From a virus, in the IMG/VR virus record IMGVR_UViG_3300025120_009955, positions 8,357-72,356 of that record: 64,000 nucleotides of DNA, one strand, 5' to 3'. This document shows, piece by piece, positions 30,791 to 39,226 of this stretch. The notes beneath the pieces are model-generated. The model had not been told where the DNA came from, made no database searches, and saw only the letters and a list, made by a program, of their open reading frames with translations. Made by a program: the position numbers and the translations under genes. Position 1 is the first letter of the stretch, and each line of letters begins with the position of its first letter.

Positions 30791-31295
30791 GAAAGGATAT
30801 TTTTACGGAGTTAAATTTGACCATAAAAATAGCATAGGCGGTACTGATGCTAACACCTTTGGTGTAGAGTTTGGCAAACACGTATATGATTGGTTAGATG
30901 TAAAAGTAGCAACTAACTACACCGACAAAGAAGGTAGAAGCAAAGGCAATAGCTACCGTCTTGAAGCAGGCCCAAAATTCAAACATAAACTAAATCAAGA
31001 TTGGTCAACTAGTTTGTTCCTAGCAACAGGACAAAAGTTTGTCAAAGATGATGACTATGGATATTGGGTAGTAACACCAGGAGTCAAATATAAAATTAAT
31101 CAAGACTGGAGTGTAGGCACTAGTGTTAGATTCCGTAACAGTTACGATACTAGTCACAATCAAAGTGATAGGACTTACGCTGTTAAACTAGGATATAAAA
31201 TTACACCAGATGTCTCAGTAAGTACTCGCTATAGAATGAAACGAGGTGACAGTGAATATAACGCTATTGGCGTTGGTTTCAAGTTCGAATTTTAA
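30729..31295 (+). CDS. small outer-membrane beta-barrel protein (KdgM-like porin)
   Basis: signal peptide, alternating amphipathic strands, terminal GVGFKFEF. Confidence 0.7.
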   Translation: MKKIVVLLTLLTVSTLALADKKGYFYGVKFDHKNSIGGTDANTFGVEFGKHVYDWLDVKVATNYTDKEGRSKGNSYRLEAGPKFKHKLNQDWSTSLFLATGQKFVKDDDYGYWVVTPGVKYKINQDWSVGTSVRFRNSYDTSHNQSDRTYAVKLGYKITPDVSVSTRYRMKRGDSEYNAIGVGFKFEF

Positions 31296-31340
31296 TAATA
31301 TTGTATAATGGTAGTCATTGAGTACTAAATATTAATGTAC

Positions 31341-31388
31341 TCGTTCATCCCATCAGGGACGGAAGTAGGCATAAGCTGAAGGAACGCT
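31341..31388 (+). ncRNA. glutamine riboswitch (glnA/Downstream-peptide class)
   Basis: CGTTC...TCCC-ATCA-GGGA-CGGAAGTAG-GC-ATAA-GC-TGAAG-GAACGC three-way junction with E-loop motif. Confidence 0.8.
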
Positions 31389-31409
31389 TCTTTTTAAAAG
31401 GAGATAGCT

Positions 31410-31601
31410 ATGTATACTGAAGAATATACATCCACCATATTAGAAATTGCAACACTATTAGATCTCGAAGTTAAAGAAGTAACTAACTTCCTTGAGCTAA
31501 TGCTAGATGGTTACGGTTTTACTGATGCTCTTCACGGAACGCATTTAACCAGAGATGACTGTGAACTAGTGTTAGCAGAACTTAAGAAAAGAAAAAAATA
31601 A
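31410..31601 (+). CDS. hypothetical small protein downstream of the glutamine riboswitch
   Basis: 63 aa, AAGGAG RBS. Confidence 0.7.
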   Translation: MYTEEYTSTILEIATLLDLEVKEVTNFLELMLDGYGFTDALHGTHLTRDDCELVLAELKKRKK

Positions 31602-31602
31602 T

Positions 31603-31962
31603 ATGATAGACATCTTATTCTTGTTAATGGTCAAACACTGTATCTGTGATTTAGGATTACAGAGTCAACTGCTATGGGGCAAGACCATTAACAAGCAATA
31701 TTACTTTGGCTGTCATAGTCATTATTTACATCACGCTGTTGGTACGTTCCTAGTTATACTGTTATTTTTTAATCCTTTATTGGCATTAAAAATAGCTGTC
31801 ATTGACTACATAGCACATTGGCATATTGATTATACAAAACATCGGGTGCAACTCTATTGGAATCTTGGACGAAAGGACAAGGCGTTTTGGTGGGTAACAG
31901 TAGTCGATCAATTATTACATTTCTTAACATACTATATCTTTGTTGTTTACCTAGTTAATTAA
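31603..31962 (+). CDS. DUF3307-like membrane protein
   Basis: KH.I.D...Q, H...H, HWHIDY.K, DQLLH. Confidence 0.75.
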   Translation: MIDILFLLMVKHCICDLGLQSQLLWGKTINKQYYFGCHSHYLHHAVGTFLVILLFFNPLLALKIAVIDYIAHWHIDYTKHRVQLYWNLGRKDKAFWWVTVVDQLLHFLTYYIFVVYLVN

Positions 31963-32009
31963 TATTAACGTAGCACATAAGTTATCTACGCATATTTTTA
32001 AATACTAAT

Positions 32010-32375
32010 ATGAAAGTAAACGAATTTTTTAAACACAATTTTGTTCTGATTCCAGTTATAGCATCAGTCATTTTTGGTACTGTAACAGGTATCAAGTATG
32101 TTATTGATCTTACAAACACTATTGATGCCAACAACCAACGTGTTGAAAAACTATTAGGTGACCTAGAAGGCATCGACGACAAATATCGAGACAAGATTGA
32201 CACTCTTAAAGACGATTTGAATGAAGCTGAAAACTTGAACTCACAAGAAATAGCTGAACTAAAAGCAGAAGTTGCTAAACTAGATTCAGCATTACGTATG
32301 GGTGAAGATCTTTATCGAGTGTTAGCAGATCAGGTTAGAGAACAATCATATGATATTAAAGACCTTAATCGCTAG
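32010..32375 (+). CDS. membrane-anchored coiled-coil protein
   Basis: one TM helix then heptad repeats. Confidence 0.65.
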   Translation: MKVNEFFKHNFVLIPVIASVIFGTVTGIKYVIDLTNTIDANNQRVEKLLGDLEGIDDKYRDKIDTLKDDLNEAENLNSQEIAELKAEVAKLDSALRMGEDLYRVLADQVREQSYDIKDLNR

Positions 32376-33051
32376 TATAATCCTACTTACTATAAGTCAA
32401 TCAGTACTTGCTCGTAACGACTACCTAAACGGACAATCCTGGCAACAGTGTAATAAAGGAACTATTTCAACCTACGGTAGTTACAATCAACAAGACAACA
32501 CTAACTACAATGGGCAAAATTATCCTGGTAGGTTGAGTGATAACTCCAGTAACTTTGGTGGCAGTCAAGGGGACAGTCAACAAATTGGCATAAACTTTAC
32601 CTGGTTTTTAGGTAGTAACTGTACAGACGAAGTACAAGACTTTATGTTTGACTCAATGAAGATCAACAGACAACTTGAACTAGCTAAAATGTGTCAACGC
32701 TACAAGCATAAAGAACTACCAGATAACTTTGCTGAACTTAGATCAGTGTGTGCAGGCTTTCCAGATGATATTGAGAATGAGCATAGACCACCAGAAGGTA
32801 GTGGTAGTTACTATGATGAACTCTTGCAAGAAATTAAAGACGGCAAACATCCTGACAAGAATCCTAAAAAATATCATTCAGACGATGTTAAGGTACCTTT
32901 CCAAGATAGTTTAAAACTAAAGTATGATGGTAAGGATACTAAAACACATAAATTAAAAGTTCCTAAGGGAATGGATAAACCTCGTCTGACAGACGAGTAT
33001 GGTCTTCCATTGCCCTACACAATACCTGAACCTAAAGTAGTGTTCGAATAA
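32350..33051 (+). CDS. secreted hypothetical protein
   Basis: signal peptide, four Cys. Confidence 0.65.
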   Translation: MILKTLIASIILLTISQSVLARNDYLNGQSWQQCNKGTISTYGSYNQQDNTNYNGQNYPGRLSDNSSNFGGSQGDSQQIGINFTWFLGSNCTDEVQDFMFDSMKINRQLELAKMCQRYKHKELPDNFAELRSVCAGFPDDIENEHRPPEGSGSYYDELLQEIKDGKHPDKNPKKYHSDDVKVPFQDSLKLKYDGKDTKTHKLKVPKGMDKPRLTDEYGLPLPYTIPEPKVVFE

Positions 33052-33110
33052 GTTCTAGTAAAATCTCATTTTTGATAGTATAATATAATTAATTTATATA
33101 GGAGTTATCT

Positions 33111-33356
33111 ATGAAAGTATTACGATTTACAGCAGTCTGGTGTGAACCGTGCAAGATGTTAGCAAAGAATTTAGACAATGTTACAACACAAGTGCCTATC
33201 CAGGTACTCGATATTGACAAAGAAGAAGATTTAGCTAGACACTTTAATGTGCGTTCAGTACCAACATTAGTTATGATTAATGAGGACAAGAAAGAAGTAA
33301 AACGTGTAGTTGGAGTGCAATCAGTAAAACAACTTAACCAGTTTATCAATGAATAG
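33111..33356 (+). CDS. thioredoxin
   Basis: WCEPC, SVPT. Confidence 0.9.
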   Translation: MKVLRFTAVWCEPCKMLAKNLDNVTTQVPIQVLDIDKEEDLARHFNVRSVPTLVMINEDKKEVKRVVGVQSVKQLNQFINE

Positions 33357-33530
33357 AAACTAATGGTTTTCAGTATGCTTTTTATATAAAAGTATCATAT
33401 AATTAACATAAGTAATAACAGTAACACGTTGTTACTCAAAGAAGCGAATCATCAAATTGGACCTGTGGTAACACTCTCCAATGATTTGGCTAGCCGACAT
33501 ATTATTAATTTTTTAAAAAGGAATACTATT

Positions 33531-33602
33531 ATGTGGACTACACCTCAAGCAACTGAAATGCGTTTCGGTTTTGAAGTAACTATGTACGTAATGAACAAGT
33601 AA
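33531..33602 (+). CDS. pqqA: pyrroloquinoline quinone precursor peptide PqqA (23 aa, not in ORF track)
   Basis: MWTTPQATEMRFGFEVTMYVMNK with E-x-x-x-Y; AAGGA RBS; own terminator. Confidence 0.95.
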   Translation: MWTTPQATEMRFGFEVTMYVMNK

Positions 33603-33625
33603 TACCTGTTTATACAATACAGATT

Positions 33626-33655
33626 AAAAAAGCACTCTTCGGAGTGCTTTTTTTT
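33626..33655 (+). terminator. rho-independent terminator after pqqA
   Basis: AAAAAGCACTC-TTCG-GAGTGCTTTTTTTT. Confidence 0.85.
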
Positions 33656-33713
33656 GACTTATTATTCAGACTATGTTATAATAACAATTAACTCTTAACA
33701 GATAAATACTAGT

Positions 33714-34433
33714 ATGAGATACTTGTTTGCTGTAGCGTTATTAGTACTTTCATTCGTGGCTTCATCTGCACCGAATCCAGACTTATGGCCGTATGTGCAA
33801 GAAAGATTATTCAATGACCGTATAGCAGTAGAAGCAGATCCTCTAGAGCTATCTATAGATGGACCAAAAAGAGCGGCAAGTGGTGCTCAAGTTCCTATTA
33901 CTATCAAAGTAAATTCAAAAAAATTCAAAAAACTATATCTTATAATAGATGCTAATCCTACACAGCACGCCGCCACATTTACGTTAACTGAAAGCACTCA
34001 AACAACTGAGATAATGACACGTATTAGGATGGAAACAGATAGTTTTGTCCGTGTAATCGCTGAAGATGAAAATGGGCATTTATCAATGAGTGCAAAAGCT
34101 ATTAGAGCATCAGGTGGTTGTAGTGGATATATGGATTCAAGCGATCCTGAATTAACCAAAGCCTTAGGTAAAATCCTTTACAAAGCTAAAAACGGGTACC
34201 AGACGACTAGAATTAAACATCCTATGTTTACTGGACTACAAAAAGATTCAATTAACGGATGGTATGTACCAGAATGGATTATTAACCGTGTAGAATGGTA
34301 TGACGGTGCTTTACTAGTAATGTCAGTAGACACTAATATTTCAATGTCACAAGATCCATATTTTAAATTTAAATATTCAAGTCCTGTTACAATCATAGCA
34401 ACAGATACTAAAGACAATAAATGGTCTAAGTAG
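33714..34433 (+). CDS. quinoprotein dehydrogenase-associated SoxYZ-like carrier
   Basis: signal peptide; SoxY-like half (LIIDANP, TRIRMETDS.VR, ASGGC) fused to SoxZ-like half (IKHPMFTGLQKD, ISMSQDPY). Confidence 0.85.
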   Translation: MRYLFAVALLVLSFVASSAPNPDLWPYVQERLFNDRIAVEADPLELSIDGPKRAASGAQVPITIKVNSKKFKKLYLIIDANPTQHAATFTLTESTQTTEIMTRIRMETDSFVRVIAEDENGHLSMSAKAIRASGGCSGYMDSSDPELTKALGKILYKAKNGYQTTRIKHPMFTGLQKDSINGWYVPEWIINRVEWYDGALLVMSVDTNISMSQDPYFKFKYSSPVTIIATDTKDNKWSK

Positions 34434-34505
34434 TATTCTTTTCTTGCATTTTATCCAAAAAGAATGTATAATATTGTATTATTAACGTTAACTCGGAGAA
34501 GCCAC

Positions 34506-34766
34506 GTGGAAAATGAATTAGAAACAGTAATTACTAGTGAAAGTTTAGATGTCGAACAAGCATCACAGAACATAGGCGGAAGTCGATTTGATCTAATATT
34601 AATTGCGTCACATCGGGCACGTGATATAGCAAATACACGTAAAATTGCAGAGAGAGGTAACCCTGATAAGAAATGGTCTTGTAGACCTACTACAGAAGCA
34701 TTGCACGAAATTGAAACAGGAAGTATTGGTAGAGAACTTTTAGACCAAATAGCAAAGGAAAAATAG
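34506..34766 (+). CDS. rpoZ: RNA polymerase omega subunit-like protein
   Basis: SRFDLILIASHRARDI...PTTEALHEIETG; GTG start after GGAG. Confidence 0.8.
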   Translation: MENELETVITSESLDVEQASQNIGGSRFDLILIASHRARDIANTRKIAERGNPDKKWSCRPTTEALHEIETGSIGRELLDQIAKEK

Positions 34767-34769
34767 TTT

Positions 34770-35015
34770 ATGGCAGAAGATAAAAAAGCAAAGAAGGAAG
34801 AATTACCTTTTCACGATGTAAGTCTTATAGCTAAGGCAAGGAAAGCTGAGAAAGAAAAGGAACAAAAAGAACACGAAGAAGCATTAGAAAGATTCTTTGC
34901 GGCTGGTGGTAAAGTACAGTACGTTACTGAAGGAGACGGTAACAGCGATAAAAGTACAGCGTCATCAGTATGGGGACGAAGAAAGAAAAAAGAGCCTGAA
35001 GTTAAGAAGAAGTAG
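34770..35015 (+). CDS. hypothetical basic protein
   Basis: FFAAGGKVQ motif; Lys/Glu rich. Confidence 0.6.
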   Translation: MAEDKKAKKEELPFHDVSLIAKARKAEKEKEQKEHEEALERFFAAGGKVQYVTEGDGNSDKSTASSVWGRRKKKEPEVKKK

Positions 35016-35020
35016 GTTAT

Positions 35021-35095
35021 GCACCCATCGTCTATCGGTTAGGACACCGGGTTTTCATCCCGGCAAGGGGAGTTCGATTCTCCCTGGGTGTACCA
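35021..35095 (+). tRNA. tRNA-Glu(TTC)
   Basis: cloverleaf; anticodon arm CCGGG-TT-TTC-AT-CCCGG; encoded CCA. Confidence 0.93.
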
Positions 35096-35100
35096 ATTTT

Positions 35101-35176
35101 GCCCTCTTAGCTCAGTTGGTAGAGCAACGCACTTGTAATGCGTAGGTCGTCAGTTCGAATCCGACAGAGGGCACCA
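35101..35176 (+). tRNA. tRNA-Thr(TGT)
   Basis: cloverleaf; ACGCA-CT-TGT-AA-TGCGT; encoded CCA. Confidence 0.95.
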
Positions 35177-35182
35177 AGATAA

Positions 35183-35272
35183 GGAAGTGTGGCTGAGTGG
35201 CTTAAAGCTCTGGTTTACTAAACCAGTGATCGGGAAACTGGTCCGTGGGTTCGAATCCTACCACTTCCGCCA
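35183..35272 (+). tRNA. tRNA-Ser(ACT)
   Basis: type II tRNA with long variable arm, G73 discriminator, CTGGT-TT-ACT-AA-ACCAG. Confidence 0.88.
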
Positions 35273-35285
35273 ATAAATACAGTAT

Positions 35286-37298
35286 ATGATTAAAAAGATA
35301 TTATTAAGTCCGTGGACAGCAGTTGTTACGCTGTCCATAATTGTTTATATAGCACTAAGTAGTCCTATATTTTTAGAATCGGTTAAGTTAAGATACTTCG
35401 ACCAACTAATTACCTCACAGCCTGAACAACAAACAACAATAGCAACGGTTAACATAGATGAAGCAAGTCTAGACAAGTATGGGCAGTGGCCATTCAGTCG
35501 TGATGTATATGGTGACATAATCAAAGACCTATATGATCGTGGTGCCGGTTTAGTAGTATGGAACATATTAATGTCTGAAGAAGACCGATTGGGTATGGAT
35601 CATAAGCTACAAGAAGTATTACGAGAACACCCTGTTGTTTTACCGTTAGTGGGTGCAGAAGAAACTAAAAATTCACCACGCAATCCTGGTGCAGTTATGA
35701 TAGGTGATCCTACAAACAAAGTAGTAGAGTATCCAGGTATACTATCAAGTATTGATCATCACGAAAGTCTGGCATATGGTAGTGGTATAAGTTCAGTATT
35801 TCCAGAAGTAGATGGTGTAACTCGTAGGATGCCGTTAGTAATTAAAAGTGGAGATACACTGTACCCAAGTTTAGGTTTAGAAGTCCTACGCATATTAGCA
35901 GGTGATCCAAGTTTCCAAATTAAATTTTCAGACATAGGCATTGACAAACTACGTGTACCACAGTTTGGTATTGTTTCAACAGATCCTGTAGGGCGTATAT
36001 GGATTGATCATCAACAGCGTCCTCAGAGTTATAGTCTAACAGAATTACCAGAAACATTTGATAGTGGTATAGTTATAGTAGGAACATCAGCCGCGGGCAT
36101 TGCAAATCCGATAGCAACTAGTCGTGGTGAAGTATGGCCGCAAGACTTACAAGCGAGTGTGATAGCAACATTAGCAAGTGGTATCAATATTCAACGTCCA
36201 GACTGGGCAAGAGGTGCTGAATTATTAACACTAATTACCTTAAGTATTTTACTGCTACTACTGTCTAGATGGATATATGTAGGGCTAGGTGTAAGCATTG
36301 TTGTACTAGGTAGCCTAGTGCCAGTTACAGAATACGTATACGCAGAATATTTAATGTTGTTTGATGCTACTCTAGTACTAGGTGGCGGAATACTTGTGTT
36401 ATTGCACGCATATGGTATTAAGTTTGTAAGTGAATACCTGCAGAAACAACAGATCAAGAAACAGTTTGGAACATACCTATCACCGGCTATGGTTGAGAAA
36501 CTACAGAAAAATCCAGAGCTATTGAAGTTAGGTGGAGAAACAAGACAGTTAAGCATAATGTTTACAGATGTACGTGGATTTACAACTATATCAGAACACT
36601 ATGGCGATGATGTACAAGGACTTACTAGTATCATGAATCGTTATATGACTGCTATGACTGAGAAGATTATTGAAAACGGTGGCACAATAGACAAATATAT
36701 TGGAGATGCCCAGATGGCTTTCTGGAATGCTCCTATAGACGACCCCGATCACGCAGAGAACGCTGTAAGAACAGCATTAAAGATGATAGGGAGTTTGAAT
36801 GAGTTTAATGAAGAAATTAAAAAAGAAGGTATACCACCTTTTGCAATGGGATTGGGGATTAATTCCGGTTCTTGTGTCGTTGGGAATTTTGGTAGTGTTC
36901 AACGTTTCGATTATACTTGCCTCGGGGATACTGTCAACTTGGCCGCAAGGTTAGAAGGACAGAGTAAAAACTACGGAGTTGATATTATATTAGGTCAAGG
37001 CACTGTGGAATATATAAAACACAAGATTGATGTAGGATTAATTGAACTAGATAATATCGCAGTTAAAGGAAAAACACAAGGAGTTAAAATATATACAATT
37101 GGTAATGTTGAAGTGAGTAAACATCAAGAATTCCTTGACAACTACTACGCAGGCAATTGGGAAGATGCTCTTTACATAGCTAGAAGATTTGCAAACGATG
37201 ACAATGTTATCTCTGGCTATTATCAAAAAATGGTCGAAAGACTTATACAAGGGTGCCCAGACGATTGGGACGGAACATTTCGAGCAAAAACTAAATAA
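35286..37298 (+). CDS. CHASE2-domain class III adenylate/guanylate cyclase
   Basis: IDEASL..YGQWPFSR, DGVTRR (CHASE2); TM helices; FTDVRGFT, DKYIGDA, GDTVNLAARLEG. Confidence 0.93.
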   Translation: MIKKILLSPWTAVVTLSIIVYIALSSPIFLESVKLRYFDQLITSQPEQQTTIATVNIDEASLDKYGQWPFSRDVYGDIIKDLYDRGAGLVVWNILMSEEDRLGMDHKLQEVLREHPVVLPLVGAEETKNSPRNPGAVMIGDPTNKVVEYPGILSSIDHHESLAYGSGISSVFPEVDGVTRRMPLVIKSGDTLYPSLGLEVLRILAGDPSFQIKFSDIGIDKLRVPQFGIVSTDPVGRIWIDHQQRPQSYSLTELPETFDSGIVIVGTSAAGIANPIATSRGEVWPQDLQASVIATLASGINIQRPDWARGAELLTLITLSILLLLLSRWIYVGLGVSIVVLGSLVPVTEYVYAEYLMLFDATLVLGGGILVLLHAYGIKFVSEYLQKQQIKKQFGTYLSPAMVEKLQKNPELLKLGGETRQLSIMFTDVRGFTTISEHYGDDVQGLTSIMNRYMTAMTEKIIENGGTIDKYIGDAQMAFWNAPIDDPDHAENAVRTALKMIGSLNEFNEEIKKEGIPPFAMGLGINSGSCVVGNFGSVQRFDYTCLGDTVNLAARLEGQSKNYGVDIILGQGTVEYIKHKIDVGLIELDNIAVKGKTQGVKIYTIGNVEVSKHQEFLDNYYAGNWEDALYIARRFANDDNVISGYYQKMVERLIQGCPDDWDGTFRAKTK

Positions 37299-37362
37299 TT
37301 CTTCAATCATACTTACATATTAGTAACATATATAATGGTAAGTATATATGAGAGGGATTACT

Positions 37363-37713
37363 ATGAAAGGACTTATAGCAGTAACCATGGTGGGTATATT
37401 TGCAACTTCTACACTATTTGCAAATTCTCATCCTGACGAACTTTACTTACGTAATTCAGCTGGTGGAGTTATTGCATTAACTCATGAGCCTTGCTCTTCA
37501 CAAAAACACAAAGAACTATATCCTTACAGAGCTTATGCCACCGAAGCTAGTGGTAAAGTACACGAAGGATGCTTTACTATTCCTAGTATATCTCAAGCAC
37601 CAGCAATGCCTGGTATGACTCCGATGCCTTTAGTAAATTACATAGATATCGAAAGCGATATTCCACTCGTTTGGCCAGCTGAATGGTTTGATGAGTTTGA
37701 CGAGACTATTTAA
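37363..37713 (+). CDS. secreted hypothetical protein
   Basis: signal peptide; C...GC motif; GAGG RBS before ATG 37363. Confidence 0.6.
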   Translation: MKGLIAVTMVGIFATSTLFANSHPDELYLRNSAGGVIALTHEPCSSQKHKELYPYRAYATEASGKVHEGCFTIPSISQAPAMPGMTPMPLVNYIDIESDIPLVWPAEWFDEFDETI

Positions 37714-37714
37714 T

Positions 37715-38005
37715 ATGCGTAATCTTTTCATCACACTACTATTATTCTGGCCAACGTTGGCGTTATCTGAAACATTTCTTGTTAATCAACTGTTTGAAAA
37801 TGTAAGAGTTGTATTGTCAACTACTGAATCTTGTGATAGCGGACAAGGACTTAAAGCATCAGCACAACGTATAGATAAACTATACATACCTGGCTGTTGG
37901 AATCCAGAACCTGGGAATGAACTAGTTCGTATCGATTGGCATAACGGTGATTTTAGTGTGTTACCAGCGGATGATTTCGTTCCTACAGAAATGGAACAGA
38001 ATTAA
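37715..38005 (+). CDS. secreted hypothetical protein (possible paralogue of previous)
   Basis: MRNLFITLLLF signal peptide; C...GCW motif. Confidence 0.6.
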   Translation: MRNLFITLLLFWPTLALSETFLVNQLFENVRVVLSTTESCDSGQGLKASAQRIDKLYIPGCWNPEPGNELVRIDWHNGDFSVLPADDFVPTEMEQN

Positions 38006-38355
38006 GATTTATTACGTTTACGTAATTTTTTTGGTTTTTCGTCCATCTCAGCGGCTTTATCTAATTGCTCAGCGGCTTTCTTAAGAACTTTTGATTCATG
38101 AAGTACACGATCACCTTCAATAACTTTACCACGCAATTGTAATACAGTGTTTACTTTTTGATTTAGTCTGATCAGATCATTATCTAACGTTCGTATACGG
38201 TCTATTAATGCTATAAGAGTTTTACTAGTATCTCCAATCATAGGCTTAACTTCTTTAGTTGCCCATACCCAAACGTAGTATACTAGATATCCAGCACCAA
38301 CTGCGGCTACTACAGGGAATCCGTACTTAGAAATTAATTCAGCTACGTCTAACAT
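38002..38355 (-). CDS. single-TM coiled-coil protein (YvrJ/holin-like)
   Basis: ISKYGFPVVAA TM segment; RIRTLDNDLIRL. Confidence 0.6.
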   Translation of the reverse strand: MLDVAELISKYGFPVVAAVGAGYLVYYVWVWATKEVKPMIGDTSKTLIALIDRIRTLDNDLIRLNQKVNTVLQLRGKVIEGDRVLHESKVLKKAAEQLDKAAEMDEKPKKLRKRNKS

Positions 38356-38451
38356 TTATCTTCCCAAGTTTCTGTAAAAAAGATAATAAACATTGCAAAA
38401 AGCACGAGAACTATTGGCCATCCTAATATTATCCAAAGTTCCCAATGCATC

Positions 38452-38919
38452 TTACTTGTCTGCCTCTGTTGGTGCTACTGATGATTTACCAAACCAATTA
38501 ACTGCTTGATAACATAACCATTTCTTCCAACCTGACACTGGTGGCTCAGCATCATCCATAGCGTGTTTAAATACTAGGTCAGCAACTTTCTTTGCTTTAA
38601 ATGCTATTTTATCGTCATTGTGATGATAGCGGAATTTTCTAATCGCGGCATATAATACATCGTGAATAACAGCGGCTCTAGCAACATCAAATGGAGCAAT
38701 TAACCACCAGCAAGCTCTCGGTACTGAAGCCATATCTGTTTTTAGTCCAGCTGGTGCAGTAATTTTGCCACTACGTTTATCTATTGGTGCACCTACTAGT
38801 TTAAGATCTTCCATTTGTTGATCTGTTAGATTATCATCTTCATACACTAGCTTTTGATCTAGTACCCAAGATCTTGGTGGATGGTATGTTGATTTTAAAT
38901 ACCCGTTAAACTTACTCAT
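38452..38919 (-). CDS. DUF1353 family protein
   Basis: TDMASVPR, AAVIHDVLY, ADLVF...M; likely start MSKFNG. Confidence 0.8.
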   Translation of the reverse strand: MSKFNGYLKSTYHPPRSWVLDQKLVYEDDNLTDQQMEDLKLVGAPIDKRSGKITAPAGLKTDMASVPRACWWLIAPFDVARAAVIHDVLYAAIRKFRYHHNDDKIAFKAKKVADLVFKHAMDDAEPPVSGWKKWLCYQAVNWFGKSSVAPTEADK

Positions 38920-38944
38920 ATCTCTTTCCTTTTTAAGTTGTTCA

Positions 38945-39226
38945 TTAGTCTCTCCTCGCATCTTTCTTACCGTCGGCACGAGCAATACGATCAACATCTG
39001 GCTTTAATCCTAGTGCTGTTGATACCACAGTGTCGATTCGAATAACATCATGATTCATTGTTTCAACTCGATTATCTAGAGCTTTGATTATATTTTGCAT
39101 TCCTCTAATAGATCCAGTTACCCCTGCTAGGATAAATTTCATTGTAAGAAACACAAAGTAACCACCGGCCATTGCCGCGGCTATTGGAAAACCTACTTCC
39201 ATTATAAGGTGAAAAATTCCTTCCAT
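38945..39226 (-). CDS. single-TM coiled-coil protein, paralogue of 38002..38355
   Basis: IMEVGFPIAAA TM segment; RVETMNHDVIRI. Confidence 0.6.
   Translation of the reverse strand: MEGIFHLIMEVGFPIAAAMAGGYFVFLTMKFILAGVTGSIRGMQNIIKALDNRVETMNHDVIRIDTVVSTALGLKPDVDRIARADGKKDARRD

Noticed and set aside
33714-34433. Sulfur-oxidation (Sox) auxiliary gene
   Set aside because: Fused Y-Z architecture and pqqA/xoxF context fit the quinoprotein-associated family; no other sox genes are present.
34897-35145. 82-aa ORF in the track
   Set aside because: Overlaps tRNA-Glu and tRNA-Thr; spurious.
35183-35272. Amber suppressor (CTA) reading and stop-codon recoding
   Set aside because: Stem symmetry centres ACT; conserved genes are full length in the standard code and TAG is used as a real stop.
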